A stretch of DNA of 38,839 nt from Guillardia theta CCMP2712. Taxonomy: Eukaryota > Protista > Cryptophyta. Each line of letters opens with the position of its first letter. The first letter of the stretch is position 1. A program made the translations under genes and the position numbers. Positions 1 through 10,800 of this stretch are shown one piece after another. Location of the stretch: positions 1-38,839 of the forward strand of contig NW_005434517.1 of NCBI RefSeq assembly GCF_000315625.1, given 5' to 3'. The notes beneath the pieces are model-generated. The model saw nothing but the letters and a program-made list of their open reading frames with translations, was not told the origin of the DNA and did no database searches.

Positions 1-1653
1 AGTGTCTGCTCTAATCTCACCCTCCTTGAGGCGCATGAGAGAAGATTCAAATCCCATGCCTCGAGATAGTTCCCCAAGACATCTGTAGATGAGATCACCA
101 GCATCTCAGCCGCCTTCCCTCCGACACAACAGCACACTCCTCCTCCAACGCACCTGTCAGGATATCTTCACTCAGCTGCAGCAAGATGCTGTTCGTGACC
201 GCCGGGTTCTGGATCTCCTCGTTCAGGAACCTGCTTCCCGCGTCAACAACTTTCACTTCCACCCTTCACACATCACCGGGGGCCCTCCAGGCTAGTCTCT
301 GCATCCCCCTGCTTCCCGATCAGCTCCAGCACACCCTGCGGGAGGAGGTGAGGAGAGAGGAGACGATGACAGGAGGTCAACCCTTCGCAGAGCCATCATG
401 TCCTCATACGCCTTCTTCGCGTTCGGGTCGCTATCGGGCTGATCAAAGGAGATCTGTCATGGAGATAAAAACCAGAGGATGGGAGCACAGGGGGAGGCGG
501 AGGAGACGAGATAGAGGAGGGATCAGGCACTGCAAACAGCATCCTCAATGCTACAACCAAGTGACAACATGACGGTAGGGCAGATGCAGGACATCAGACG
601 GAGGGTTCATAGCGTTGCACCTCCTCCTCGAGGTTGTGATCTCGTTGAAGGATCGAGATCCCTGTGTCTAGGAGCAGGAGAGCAGCCGATTGTTTCCCAA
701 GGGCAGATTGCGCAGCTGCAGCTCGTAGGTAACCCTGATGCCATGAAGTAAACACGCCAACATCTCCACCACCACCACCTTCTCCTCCTCCTCCCTCCTC
801 CTCCCTCCTTCTTTGCTTTTCCTCCCCTTCTTCATGCCTCTCCATCCCTCCCGTCTCGCGTCTTCCTGTCCTCCTTCTCTCTGCATCACCTTGACAAACT
901 CGGGGAACTTCGAGATGCTCTTCTGAGCGCTCTCGAGTGCAAGAATCGCTTGGTTCATGCGGAGGAACGAGATCGATTTGTTGCACAGGATTTGGGGCTC
1001 CGCGCTCCTGATGATATTACTTTCGACGTCGTCATCTGCAGCCAGTCATGCACAGTCTCGCTATGCAGCGCGAGGAGAGAGAGAACTTTCACCTTCGACC
1101 TGGCAGGCAGCAAGCGCGTCGTTGTAATGCCTGATCGCCACGGCATACGACCTTCGACCGAACGCGAAGTTTGCGGCTGCCTTGGAATTGAGGACCTTGG
1201 TTCAAGTATCAGCTCAGGTTGACCTCTTCTCAGCAGCACAACCTGCTCTTCGCGCTTCGCCAACAAGCCTTTCTTGAGCTTCCTCACCAGGTCTGCCTTC
1301 TCGACGCAGTCACTGTAATCGATTTTCTGCACAGATGCAAGACACGGCGAGCGTCAAACAGAACTGACTCAAGACTGCTCAAGAATTCACCAGTTTTTCC
1401 AACTCATGCTTGAGCTGTCGAGCTGGCATTGACTCTACCATCTGCAAAAGACATTTATTCGAGGCATTGAGGGCATTTCTTGCTAAACAACAAGCAAGAC
1501 ATCCTTGCCCTTGTTCACATTTCCTTCCCCTCCCTTCCCCTCGCTTCCCCTGCCTTCCCCTGCCTTCCCCTGCCTTCCCCTCCCTTACCACCCCTTCCCC
1601 TCCCTTCCCCTCTCCGCATCTGCCTCAATCTCTCCCTTCCTATTTCCGACCAT
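1..1653 (-). CDS. Multi-exon protein with HeH/SAP-like N-terminus, TPR-like helices and F-box motif (3' end off-window, start approximate)
   Basis: Splicing out intron 1327-1390 gives MVESMPARQLKHELEKL/KIDYSDCVEKADLVRKL (HeH/SAP-like). WHQGYLRAAAAQSALGKQSAALLLLDTGI is TPR-like. Exons near 22-235 splice to ILLQLSEDILT/DVLGNYLEAWDLNLLSCASRR, which fits the F-box consensus. Confidence 0.55.
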
Positions 1654-2143
1654 TCCTTCCGGATTCTTCTGCCATACACACGTCCCTCAATCCGTCAAGC
1701 TCCTGCTTGTTCTCCCCTCACCATTGTCTTTCCTGTAGCCCTCTGTCCTGTGCTCTTGTCTTCTTCCCTTCATCCCTCCACCTCTCCCTGCTTCCCTCCT
1801 GCCCCCTCCCTCCCGCTCTCCCTCCGATGAGCCTTCCCCATTTTCCATCTCTTTGCTAAACACATGGCAGCTAATTGAATAATAATACTTCCCACCTTGA
1901 CTTGATTGCCGCAGTGCGGGGACCCGGGCTCCGCCGGGTGACTCACTGACCCGGGCCGCCGCCGGCCGGCGGGCCCGGCGGGCCCGGAGTAAAGTTTTAT
2001 TATATACCAACCAATAAGTTTTAAATCAGCACCTGGTTTGAATGATGAGTAAAGAATTTACTGGTACTCGCCAACTGAGCTTGTACCGCCCCGATCTTGT
2101 AACCCCATGTCAAGGTTGACTCGGACGCGATCATCGGATAGCA

Positions 2144-3929
2144 ATGTCGAGCAGGCTGGCGGTTTGCGCGCTCTGGCTGGTGGTTCTGGCAGGCTGGGCA
2201 TGGCAGGCTGAGGGAGCAAGAAACTTGACTTGCGGGAAGTGTGTGTTTCATGTCTCAGACGAGGGCTTGTTGACCAGGGAGGGAAGCAACTGTGGTGCTG
2301 GTTGCGGTGCTCTTGATTTCAGTGATTCATGGGGCATTCGGAATATCTCCAACGGGACTTTTGACGGGCTGTCGAGCTTGCAGCATCTAGATCTCAGCAA
2401 CAACGAGCTGTCGAGTCTACCAGCAGGAGTGTTTGACCGGCTGTCAAACTTGCAGGGGCTGGATCTCTACAACAACAGGCTGTCGAGTCTACCAGCAGGA
2501 GTGTTCGACAGTCTTTTGAAGTTGTTCAGTTTAAATCTCTATAACAACAAGTTACAGAATCTACCAGCAGGAGTCTTCGACAATCTATCTATGATGTGGT
2601 CTTTATATCTCAACGATAATCTGTTGGCGAGTCTTCCTGCAGGAGTCTTGGACGGAACCCCAAACTTAATGTGGCTGAGTCTCAACAACAATAAGCTGTC
2701 CAGTCTTCCTGCTGGAGTATTCAACAGGACCTCAGCTTTGATGTGGCTGTATCTTGAGAACAACGAGCTGGAAAGTGTTCCTGCAGGAGTGTTTGATGGT
2801 CTCTCCAGAACGTGTTCCATGTCTCTCGACCACCACGTCCTATCACTTCTTCCCGCAGGAAGCTTTGACAAGCTCCGGACATGTCTGAGCCTGTCCCTCT
2901 TCGACGACAAGCTGTCCAGTCTTCCTGCAGGAGTCTTCAATGGTCTTTCGAAGTTGCGTGGGATATATCTGGAATACTATAATCTGTCTAGTCTTCCGTT
3001 GGAGTCTTCGACGGGCTCTCAGGCTTAGAGCAGCTGGTTGTTGCCAACACCAAGCTGTCTCATCTCCCTGCTGGAATATTTGATGGGCTCTCGAGCTTGC
3101 AGTCGCTATTTCTTCCCATCAATAATATCGTTAGTCTCCCTGCTGGGGTGTTTAACAGACTCACGAGCCTGAGGGTGCTGAATCTCCGTGACAACGAGCT
3201 ATTCAGTCTTCCTCCTGCAGTCTTCAACGGACTTTCAAGCTTGGAGGAGATAAATCTCAACAACAACGAGCTGCAGAGTCTTCCTGCTGAAGTCTTCATG
3301 AATCTATCGAGCTTGCAGCATCTTTATCTCAACAACAACCAGCTAACAAGTCTTCCTGATGCAATCTTTGACGGCCTCTCAAGCTCTTCTCTTCGTAGTA
3401 TATCTATTGCCAACAACAGGCTCTCCTGTATATCCTCCACCGCTTTCTCTGGTTTGCCTCAGGACGTCTATTTGGACCTCAGATACAACAAGCTAACTTG
3501 TTACCACTCCTCGTGGCCCGCGAGCACTATGTGGGATGCGGGCCTAGCGGTATGCTTGAACGAGACTCTCTGTCTCGACAGCCAACCAGCCATGGTCCTC
3601 CCATCGGCACACGGATGGGCCCTTCGCCCGGAGTATCTGAGGTGCCGCATGAAAGACTCCTGGGACACCATCATCCATGATGGGCTGCAGGCAAGGAACC
3701 AGACCTTCAGGACAGGCGGGCTCGGGATGCTGATGACCCGGAGGAAGTACGAGGTGTGGGTGTGCAGCTCTCGAGACGAGTGTGCAGCGGGAGGGAGAGG
3801 TTTCTGCTATGTGTACGACGAGGAGGGGCAGCGGTTCGTTCCCTGGTGACTCTTGTGGAGGTGACGCTCGAGTGAGGGACTGAGAGGATGTTGTGCAGGG
3901 GTCTAGAGGACGAGCTGGTGCTCAGCTGA
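2144..3929 (+). CDS. Secreted LRR protein A (VLR-like 24-aa LRRs, ~16 modules, Cys caps, Cys-containing C-terminal domain)
   Basis: Signal peptide MSSRLAVCALWLVVLAGWAWQAEG, Cys N-cap, and repeats of LSSLPAGVFDxLxxLxxLxLxxNx. A 1-nt deletion at ~2999 separates ORF 2144-3028 from ORF 3097-3849. A GT-AG intron at 3846-3898 extends the C-terminus to ...FVPWGLEDELVLS* (TGA 3927-3929). Confidence 0.85.
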
Positions 3930-4650
3930 TGATTTCATCGATTCAAGATCAAGAGGCTATCAGCAAGCTCAAGGATTGCATGGGCCGCCACCGAAGCCTG
4001 CAGGCCGCCCAGCACGGCTGGTCACTGCCACTTGGACGACCGGGCGCACTCAGCCTCGGTGATACCACCGCGGCAGCCTGACCATACAGTCCAACTTGTA
4101 CCATAGAAAGAAAAAACTGTACTACTAAGTGAATTGATAAGCTCATTAGCCTTGAACGCCGCAACATGTACTAGTCTGACTCATCAGTCAGCCAGCATGC
4201 CATGGGGCCGTAACTTGCGGCCGGTATTGACTTCAAACATGACAAGAGACCAAGGTGGCGCAAACTTGGGTTGGACGCTACTAGCTGAGGGAAGTACGGC
4301 AGAGCCCGGCCCTCCACAATCCGATCAGCTGAGCACCAGCTCGTCCTCTAGACCCCTGCACAACATCCTCTCAGTCCCTCACTCGAGCGTCACCTCCACA
4401 AGAGTCACCAGGGAACGAACCGCTGCCCCTCCTCGTCGTACACATAGCAGAAACCTCTCCCTCCCGCTGCACACTCGTCTCGAGAGCTGCACACCCACAC
4501 CTCGTACTTGCCCAGCACAATCCACCTCCCGAGCCCGCCTGTCCTGAAGGTCTGGTTCCTTGCCTGCAGCCCATCATGGATGATGGTGTCCCAGGAGTCT
4601 TTCATGCGGCACCCCAGATACTCCGGGCGAAGGGCCCATCCGTGTGCCGA
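3604..4650. repeat. 327-bp inverted repeat (3604-3930 / 4324-4650) formed by the 3' ends of the two LRR genes, 393-bp spacer
   Basis: Reverse-complement comparison shows near identity except one 17-nt block and few SNPs. Identity ends just after the spliced stop codon. Confidence 0.95.
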
Positions 4651-6689
4651 CCCGTTGGCCTGTGAGACGTTGGCCACGCCGACTGCCGGGGCGGTGGATG
4701 GAGGGGGTGACGGGCTGGTCGACGGGGCGACGGCAGGTGACGGGCTGGTCGACGGGGCGACGGCAGGTGACGGGCTGGTCGACGGGGCGACGGCAGGTGA
4801 CGGGCTGGTCGACGGGGCGACGGCAGGTGACGGGCTGGTCGACGGGGCGACGGCAGGTGACGGGCTGGTCGACGGGGCGACGGCAGGTGACGGGCTGGTC
4901 GACGGGGCGACGGCAGGTGACGGGCTGGTCGACGGGGCGACGGCAGGTGACGGGCTGGTCGACGGGGCGACGGCAGGTGACGGGCTGGTAGACGGGGCGA
5001 CGGCAGATGACGGGCTGGTAGACGGGGCGACGACGGTTGACGTGGAGGACAAGCCTTGAGAGATCTCAGGGGACGTGGACTCTGACGAGGTCGTAGATGG
5101 GATGACTGTTGTTGGTTGGCTGTCGAGACAGAGAGTTTCGTTCAAGCATACCGCTAGGCCCGCATCCCACCTAGTGCTCGGAGGCCATGAGGAATGATGA
5201 CAAGGCAGATTGTTGTATCTGAGGTCCAAACTGCAGCCTTGAGGCAAACCAGAGAAAGCGGTGGAGGAGATACAGGAGAGCCTGTTGTTGGCAATAGATA
5301 TACTGCGAAGAGAAGAGCTTGAGAGGCCGTCGAAGACTCCAGCAGGAAGGCTCTGTAGCTTATTGTATTCTAGCGCTACAGTTTGCAGGCTCGAGAGCCC
5401 GTCAAACAATCCTGTAGGAAGTCTTTGCAACAGGTTGTTATTGACCTTTAGAGACTGTACGCTAGAGAGGTTCTTGAAGACTCTCGTGGGAAGACTGGAA
5501 AGCAGGTTGTATCCGAGTGTTAGAGAGTACACTCTCGAGAGATTGTCGAATACTCCTATCGAAAGATTCTTCAACAGGTTGTTGTCGAGATATAGCTCCT
5601 GCAAGCTCGAAAGCCTGTCAAACACTCCTCCAGGGAGACTGGACAGCTGGTTGTATTCAAGACGAATGAGGGACAAGCTCAAGAGATTATCGAAAATGCC
5701 TGAAGGAATGCCAGACAGCAGGTTGTAGCTCAGGTCAAGCTGTGACAAGCCAATGAGTCTGTCAAAGATTCCAGGAGGAAGACTCTCTAACATGTTGCTA
5801 CCAAGATCCAGCACGCGCAAGCTCGAGAGACTGTCAAACACTCCTGAAGGGAGATTGGACAGCTCATTGTTGTTGAGATAAAGCTCCTCCAAGCTCGTAA
5901 GCCCGTTAAATAATCCCGTTGGAACTCTCTCCATCATGGTGTCATGAAGACTCAGGATCTTCAAGCCTGAGAGCCCGTCGAACACTCTAGCAGGAAGGCT
6001 AGAGAAATTGTAGTTCTTGAAATACAGCCCCTGTAAGCTCGAGAGCCCGTCAAAGGCTCCCACAGCAAGTGTGCTGGACAGCTTGTCGGCATACAGCGCT
6101 ACGGTCAGGCGCGAGAGCGTGCTGACTGCTGTAGGCAAGGAGGGTAGGACATTGTGGTCGATTGCTAACCAGAACATCTTCATGCAACCATCACAGACTC
6201 CAGAAGGAAGACTGGACAGCAAGTTGTTGTGGAGGCCTAGGAAATCTAAGTTCCTAAGCCCATTGAAGACTCCTGCAGGTAGACTGGACAGCTTGTTGTA
6301 GGAGAGACCCAGCCAGAGCAAGAGAATTTGTTCTTGAATATCCCTGAAGGAAGAGTTGACAGCTTGTTATAGTTGAGATGAAGATACGCCAAGCCCGGCA
6401 TCCCATCGAACACTCCTGGTGGTAGACTCGACAACTGGTTCCCCTCAAGACTCATTTCGTATATGCTTGGCAACCCATCGAAGGTCCCGATCGAGATGTT
6501 GCGAATACCAAAGTCACTGAGTCCTAGGTAAGAGCAAGAACAGTCGCTTCCCTCCCTGGTCAACAAGCCCGCGTCTGAGACACGAAACACACACTTCCCG
6601 CAATTGAAGCTACTTGCTCCCTCAGCCCGCCATGCCCAGCCTTCGAGAACCACCAGCCAGAGCGCGCATAGAGCTAGCCTGCCTGTCAT
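4325..6689 (-). CDS. Secreted LRR protein B (paralog of A, ~18 LRRs, Pro/Ser/Thr stalk, same C-terminal domain)
   Basis: Signal peptide MTGRLALCALWLVVLEGWAWRAEG. A 1-nt deletion at ~6322 separates ORFs 6246-6689 and 4405-6321. Has a (PSTSPSPAVA)n stalk and a terminal intron at 4356-4408 identical to that of gene A. Confidence 0.85.
4711..5040. repeat. 30-bp coding minisatellite, 11 copies (mucin-like stalk)
   Basis: cgggctggtcgacggggcgacggcaggtga x9 perfect plus 2 variant copies; encodes PSTSPSPAVA on the minus strand. Confidence 0.95.
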
Positions 6690-7899
6690 TCACTCACAAG
6701 GGGGCAATCTCTTTACTCAAAGTTATGGCAATCACTTTGTAGCAGCTAAAAGGTACCGGCATGCAGATTGTGTATTGCCATCATCTTTACTCAAAATCAT
6801 TTATATATGTATTTTTGCTTCAATGATGGGTACATGTATCTACATCAATAAATATTATTATTTCAATTCCATACAGGTGCAACTCTATGGATCTCAGTAC
6901 CTGATCACTTGTACACTCCTACAAAGTGCCTGGTACTGAGCAGGGGTGTGGGGTGGGGTGGAGGTAGTTGACATGCACCCCTGTAACACAGTCAGAAGTT
7001 GATATCAGGATAAGTGGTGGGTGCTCATACCCCACCCACCGCAAATCCTACCGACATTAGAGGTACCAGGCACCCTGACCCCAAGTTACCACTGTCAGAT
7101 TAGGAGGGGTACATCCTTTCATACCCACCCCTCAAATAATGAGAATCTCTGTCGTGTGGGGGGTACTACACTTGAGAGTTGATTGACCCAAGAGTACCCC
7201 ACCCCCAGTATTTCAATCATCCAAAGGAGCTCACGTAGGCACCACCCCTTCCTACCCCCACCCTGGGCTCACTTAATCAGAAGTAAACCCGCATGCCTCC
7301 TCAAGGAATAAGCACCCCTACCCCTTTCAGGAAATGAAGGTACCCCTACCCCCATTGAGAATACCCACCCCCTTTCCATCCTCTCTGTCTGCTTCCTCTC
7401 ATGCCCATGATATTATCCGCAGCGCTTGCTACAGCCTCCTCCTCCTCTCCCTCCTCCCTGCACGCTCTTCCTTCCTCCCCTCGATGCTCCACATCCAGGA
7501 TCTCTGCTACGCCCATTTCTTGAATGCTCTTCATCCATGCTCAGCTCCGTTTGCATTGCCCCTGCATGCCTCCCCCATGATAGCCGTCTTTGTGCGAACG
7601 CTTGCGAAAGCTTTCTCAGTTACTTATCCCTGCTTCACCATAACCATCAAATAGGCCGAGTGTGACCCTCTTTCCGTTTTCTCTGAACCTACGCTGATTT
7701 GGTATTCTGGCCATGAGATCTTTCCTGCAAACAGTTTACCTCCCCCCCATACGTCTTTGAGCAAGCAGCACAAACCACCTCCGACCATTCCGACGATCTT
7801 CCTCACATCAAATCTTCATGCTATCCAAACCATGCTGAGGGCTCGATATTGTACCCTTGTTGAAACGAAAACTCCAGCACTTCAAGACATGTGAATGCT

Positions 7900-10800
7900 T
7901 GCATGGAAAAGTTAACTTAGAACAATGGAATACCAACAGACATGCCATCGAATCTTTAGCCTATCACCCCAGACGAAATGTCAAATGTGTTTGACGTGTT
8001 ACAACAGGCGTTCCCAACAGAGAGCGTGACTCGTCTCCAGCTGCTCCACATGAACTGAATCTTGAGCACCAAAAGCAAAGAAAGGAAAGGAAAGGAGTAG
8101 CATCTGTTTGGAGAAGACAAGATCACGATTGCGGTATCTGAATCGGATGAGGATGAATGGGAAATGTCTGACATGCATGCAGCTTTTCAATGATATGAAG
8201 CATCCCAACGGGACAGAACCTTACCAGGCTCGTACGGCGGCTGATCCCACAAATGGGTGGCCGGCCACTCCTGATGTCGACTCGAACACCATTTCAGCGC
8301 ATGAGAGGTGAGGAAAGCATCCGTATCAAACAGATTGCTCATATTTGATTCTGTTCTAGCACTGTCATCGCGCCATTTGACCTGAACAACTCTCACGCTG
8401 CTCGCAAACACCATGAGGAGATTCAGACGTTGTTGTCGAAGCTCAAGACTGCACAGGTGTGAGGATGAGAATCAGACATAGTTTGATCTCACTGTTGTGC
8501 TAAGGCTGACCTGAGAGCGAGCGAGACGAGGCTGAAGAGTGTGGAGGTCGAGAACATGCAGCTCAAGGAGGGCTGTGTCAGGCTTCAGGCCGCCCTGAAG
8601 ACTTCGAATGAACAGCTCCAAGACGCTACCCAGCGCCTCCGTGTCGTGACTCAGGTGTCTATCGCTCGCAGTGATGCATACACGTGATTGCCTTACCAGG
8701 ACAAAGCTCGTTTGGAGATCTCTTATGAAGAACTTAAGCAGAAGGTGACGATGAGGCCTTGCTGGCTTGAGAGTGCTGACAACATCTGCAAGGCCTCGAA
8801 AGAGCCGACTCGAGTCGAAGAAGTGATTGTGGTGAATCGTTGGGATGACGTGGTCTTTGCTCAACCTGATCTCGTTGTTTAAGAAGTCAAACATCGAAAA
8901 CAAGTCTGGCTTCACAGAGATCGAGGTGCTTTGCGTTAGGGGTATCAAACAAGGTCTAACAGTTACTCGCAGAGGTTTCAGCAGGCATTGCAGGCACAAC
9001 AGGCAAATCAGTTGCCGCAAGTGGAGCAAGCAGCAATACAGCCCGAACAGCCAGCGCAGGAGGAGCAGAAAAGTCAGCAGACACTGGAGGAGCAGCAGCA
9101 AGAGCAGCAAGAGCAGGAAGCAGGGAGGATAACTGGAGTTGGGCTGACTTTGGAGGCTCCTGCCAGAGGGATCTTCCCTGTGGTCAGTAGAGCCTTCTCA
9201 CCTGAAATCAGTGAGACTGTTCCGGCAGGTCTCCTCAGTCACAGTAGGAGGTTCTGCGTTCGCTAGCAACAAGATATCCAAAGGAGATATTTTGGTCGCT
9301 GTCAAAGACTCAAGCAGGTACCATGCTGACCTTCGGATCGTTGCGTACAGACTGACTGATATGGGCCCAGGGCTTCTGAGTTCGTTCAGACCAGCGGGAA
9401 GTCGATCGATCAAACCTGCAAGCTGGTTCTGGGACCGGAAGGCACCGATGTCACGCTCAAGTACCTTGAGATGTTGAGGGTTAGCCTTTAGAGATTCAAA
9501 CTTTGATCTTGACAGGTTTCGTCGCGCCAAGACCATTGCATCTGAGGTGGGACTCTAACAGCACCTTGACACAAGACGTTTCAGAGGCTGATCTTTGACG
9601 AAGGGATACGTTGAGTTCGATTGTGTCTTGCGACGCGGAAACGTTGCAAGGTGTGGGATTTTCTCTCAAATGACCCTTCTCCTTCTAACACCTTTATTTC
9701 TACAGCAACAATCAAGAGGTCAGCAATTTTCATCGTTCAAACCTCTCTGAAATGTCATATAAGTCTACTCCTTCACCTGTTACAACCTTTCAAGACGATC
9801 TTGCTGAGACGACAGACAAGCTGCTGCAAGAGGCTCAAATATGGGCCATCAAGTCCAAGCTCAGTCACATACACAAGACCGAACTCGAGGAACTTGTCCA
9901 ACACGCTTTGCGATCGTATGACATGACATGCAGATGGTTGTCAAGCTGGTGGAGGCGAAGTGGATTCCTCTCGACGAGATCTTGAACCCTGAGGTGTCGC
10001 AGTTATCAATAAGACTTTCAGGGCTGACGCCTCGAGCAGCCCATCGACAGCGGAACTTTCAGCACCATCGAGAAGGCGATCTGGAGGTGACGGCATCAAC
10101 ATGTCGAGACGATGAGCGATGACCCTGTCTTAGAGGTCGCCACGTTGCTGTGAAGCGAGTGAGCAGAGACAGCTTCCGCACCGTCAACAACCAGCTTGAA
10201 GGGAGTGTCGCTCAAGTGCTCTAGACTCCCTGGGACTTGCTCCCTCGACCTCACGTGTGTTGTTCAGGTTCTCCGCGGCGTCATGCTGGAGCTTGACATC
10301 GTGACCATGCTTGAGCATCCCTGCGTCTGTCAATATTACGGCACTGTGGCTCACTTTCCTCCCGATGGGTACCCTGCCGTGCTCTTGGGGGTTGAGGTGA
10401 CTGTTGACCAGGGGCGACATGCAACTTGGTCTTGTGTTCGCGCTCTGTGCTGGGAACCTACACAATGCTCTGCATCCGCCGTCAGGGAAAGCAGGTCAGT
10501 CTTGCTCTGGGTGGATCACGCTCTTGACATGTGGAAAGACTTGTCTTTGGACTTGAAGATGGTGATCGCAGCAGACATCGCAGAGGTAAGACATGGCGAT
10601 ATGTGTTTCCTGAACGGCATTCTCCTCTCCCTCTGGATCCTTGAGAGACTTGCCCGCGCCTGGTCGCCCTTGTCAGATCTCCTGACTGGAAGCCAGGGTG
10701 TCACTTACCTGCATAGTCTGAACATTATCCATCGGGACCTGAGCAGGTTATGTTGGAGGCTCAAAGTGATGTGTGTCTTGACGTTGATATTGTGCAGCCG

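Noticed and set aside
3604-4650. Diversity-generating retroelement template/variable repeat pair
   Set aside because: The differences are not adenine-specific, both copies are parts of complete genes, and no reverse transcriptase is present in the window.
4711-5040. CRISPR-like array
   Set aside because: Head-to-tail repeats without unique spacers, in frame within a eukaryotic gene. The same lack of spacers applies to the 25-bp array at 31805-32105.
4508-6301. Plus-strand ORFs opposite LRR gene B (e.g. GDGLVDGATA repeats)
   Set aside because: Antisense shadows of the repetitive coding strand.
2995-6325. Programmed frameshifting or phase variation in both LRR genes (1-nt deletions at ~2999 and ~6322)
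   Set aside because: Each is repaired by lengthening a 1-2 nt run by one base, and the same defect occurs in unrelated genes (~13910, ~19215, ~19750, ~34632). A systematic homopolymer undercall is the simpler explanation; raw reads would settle it.
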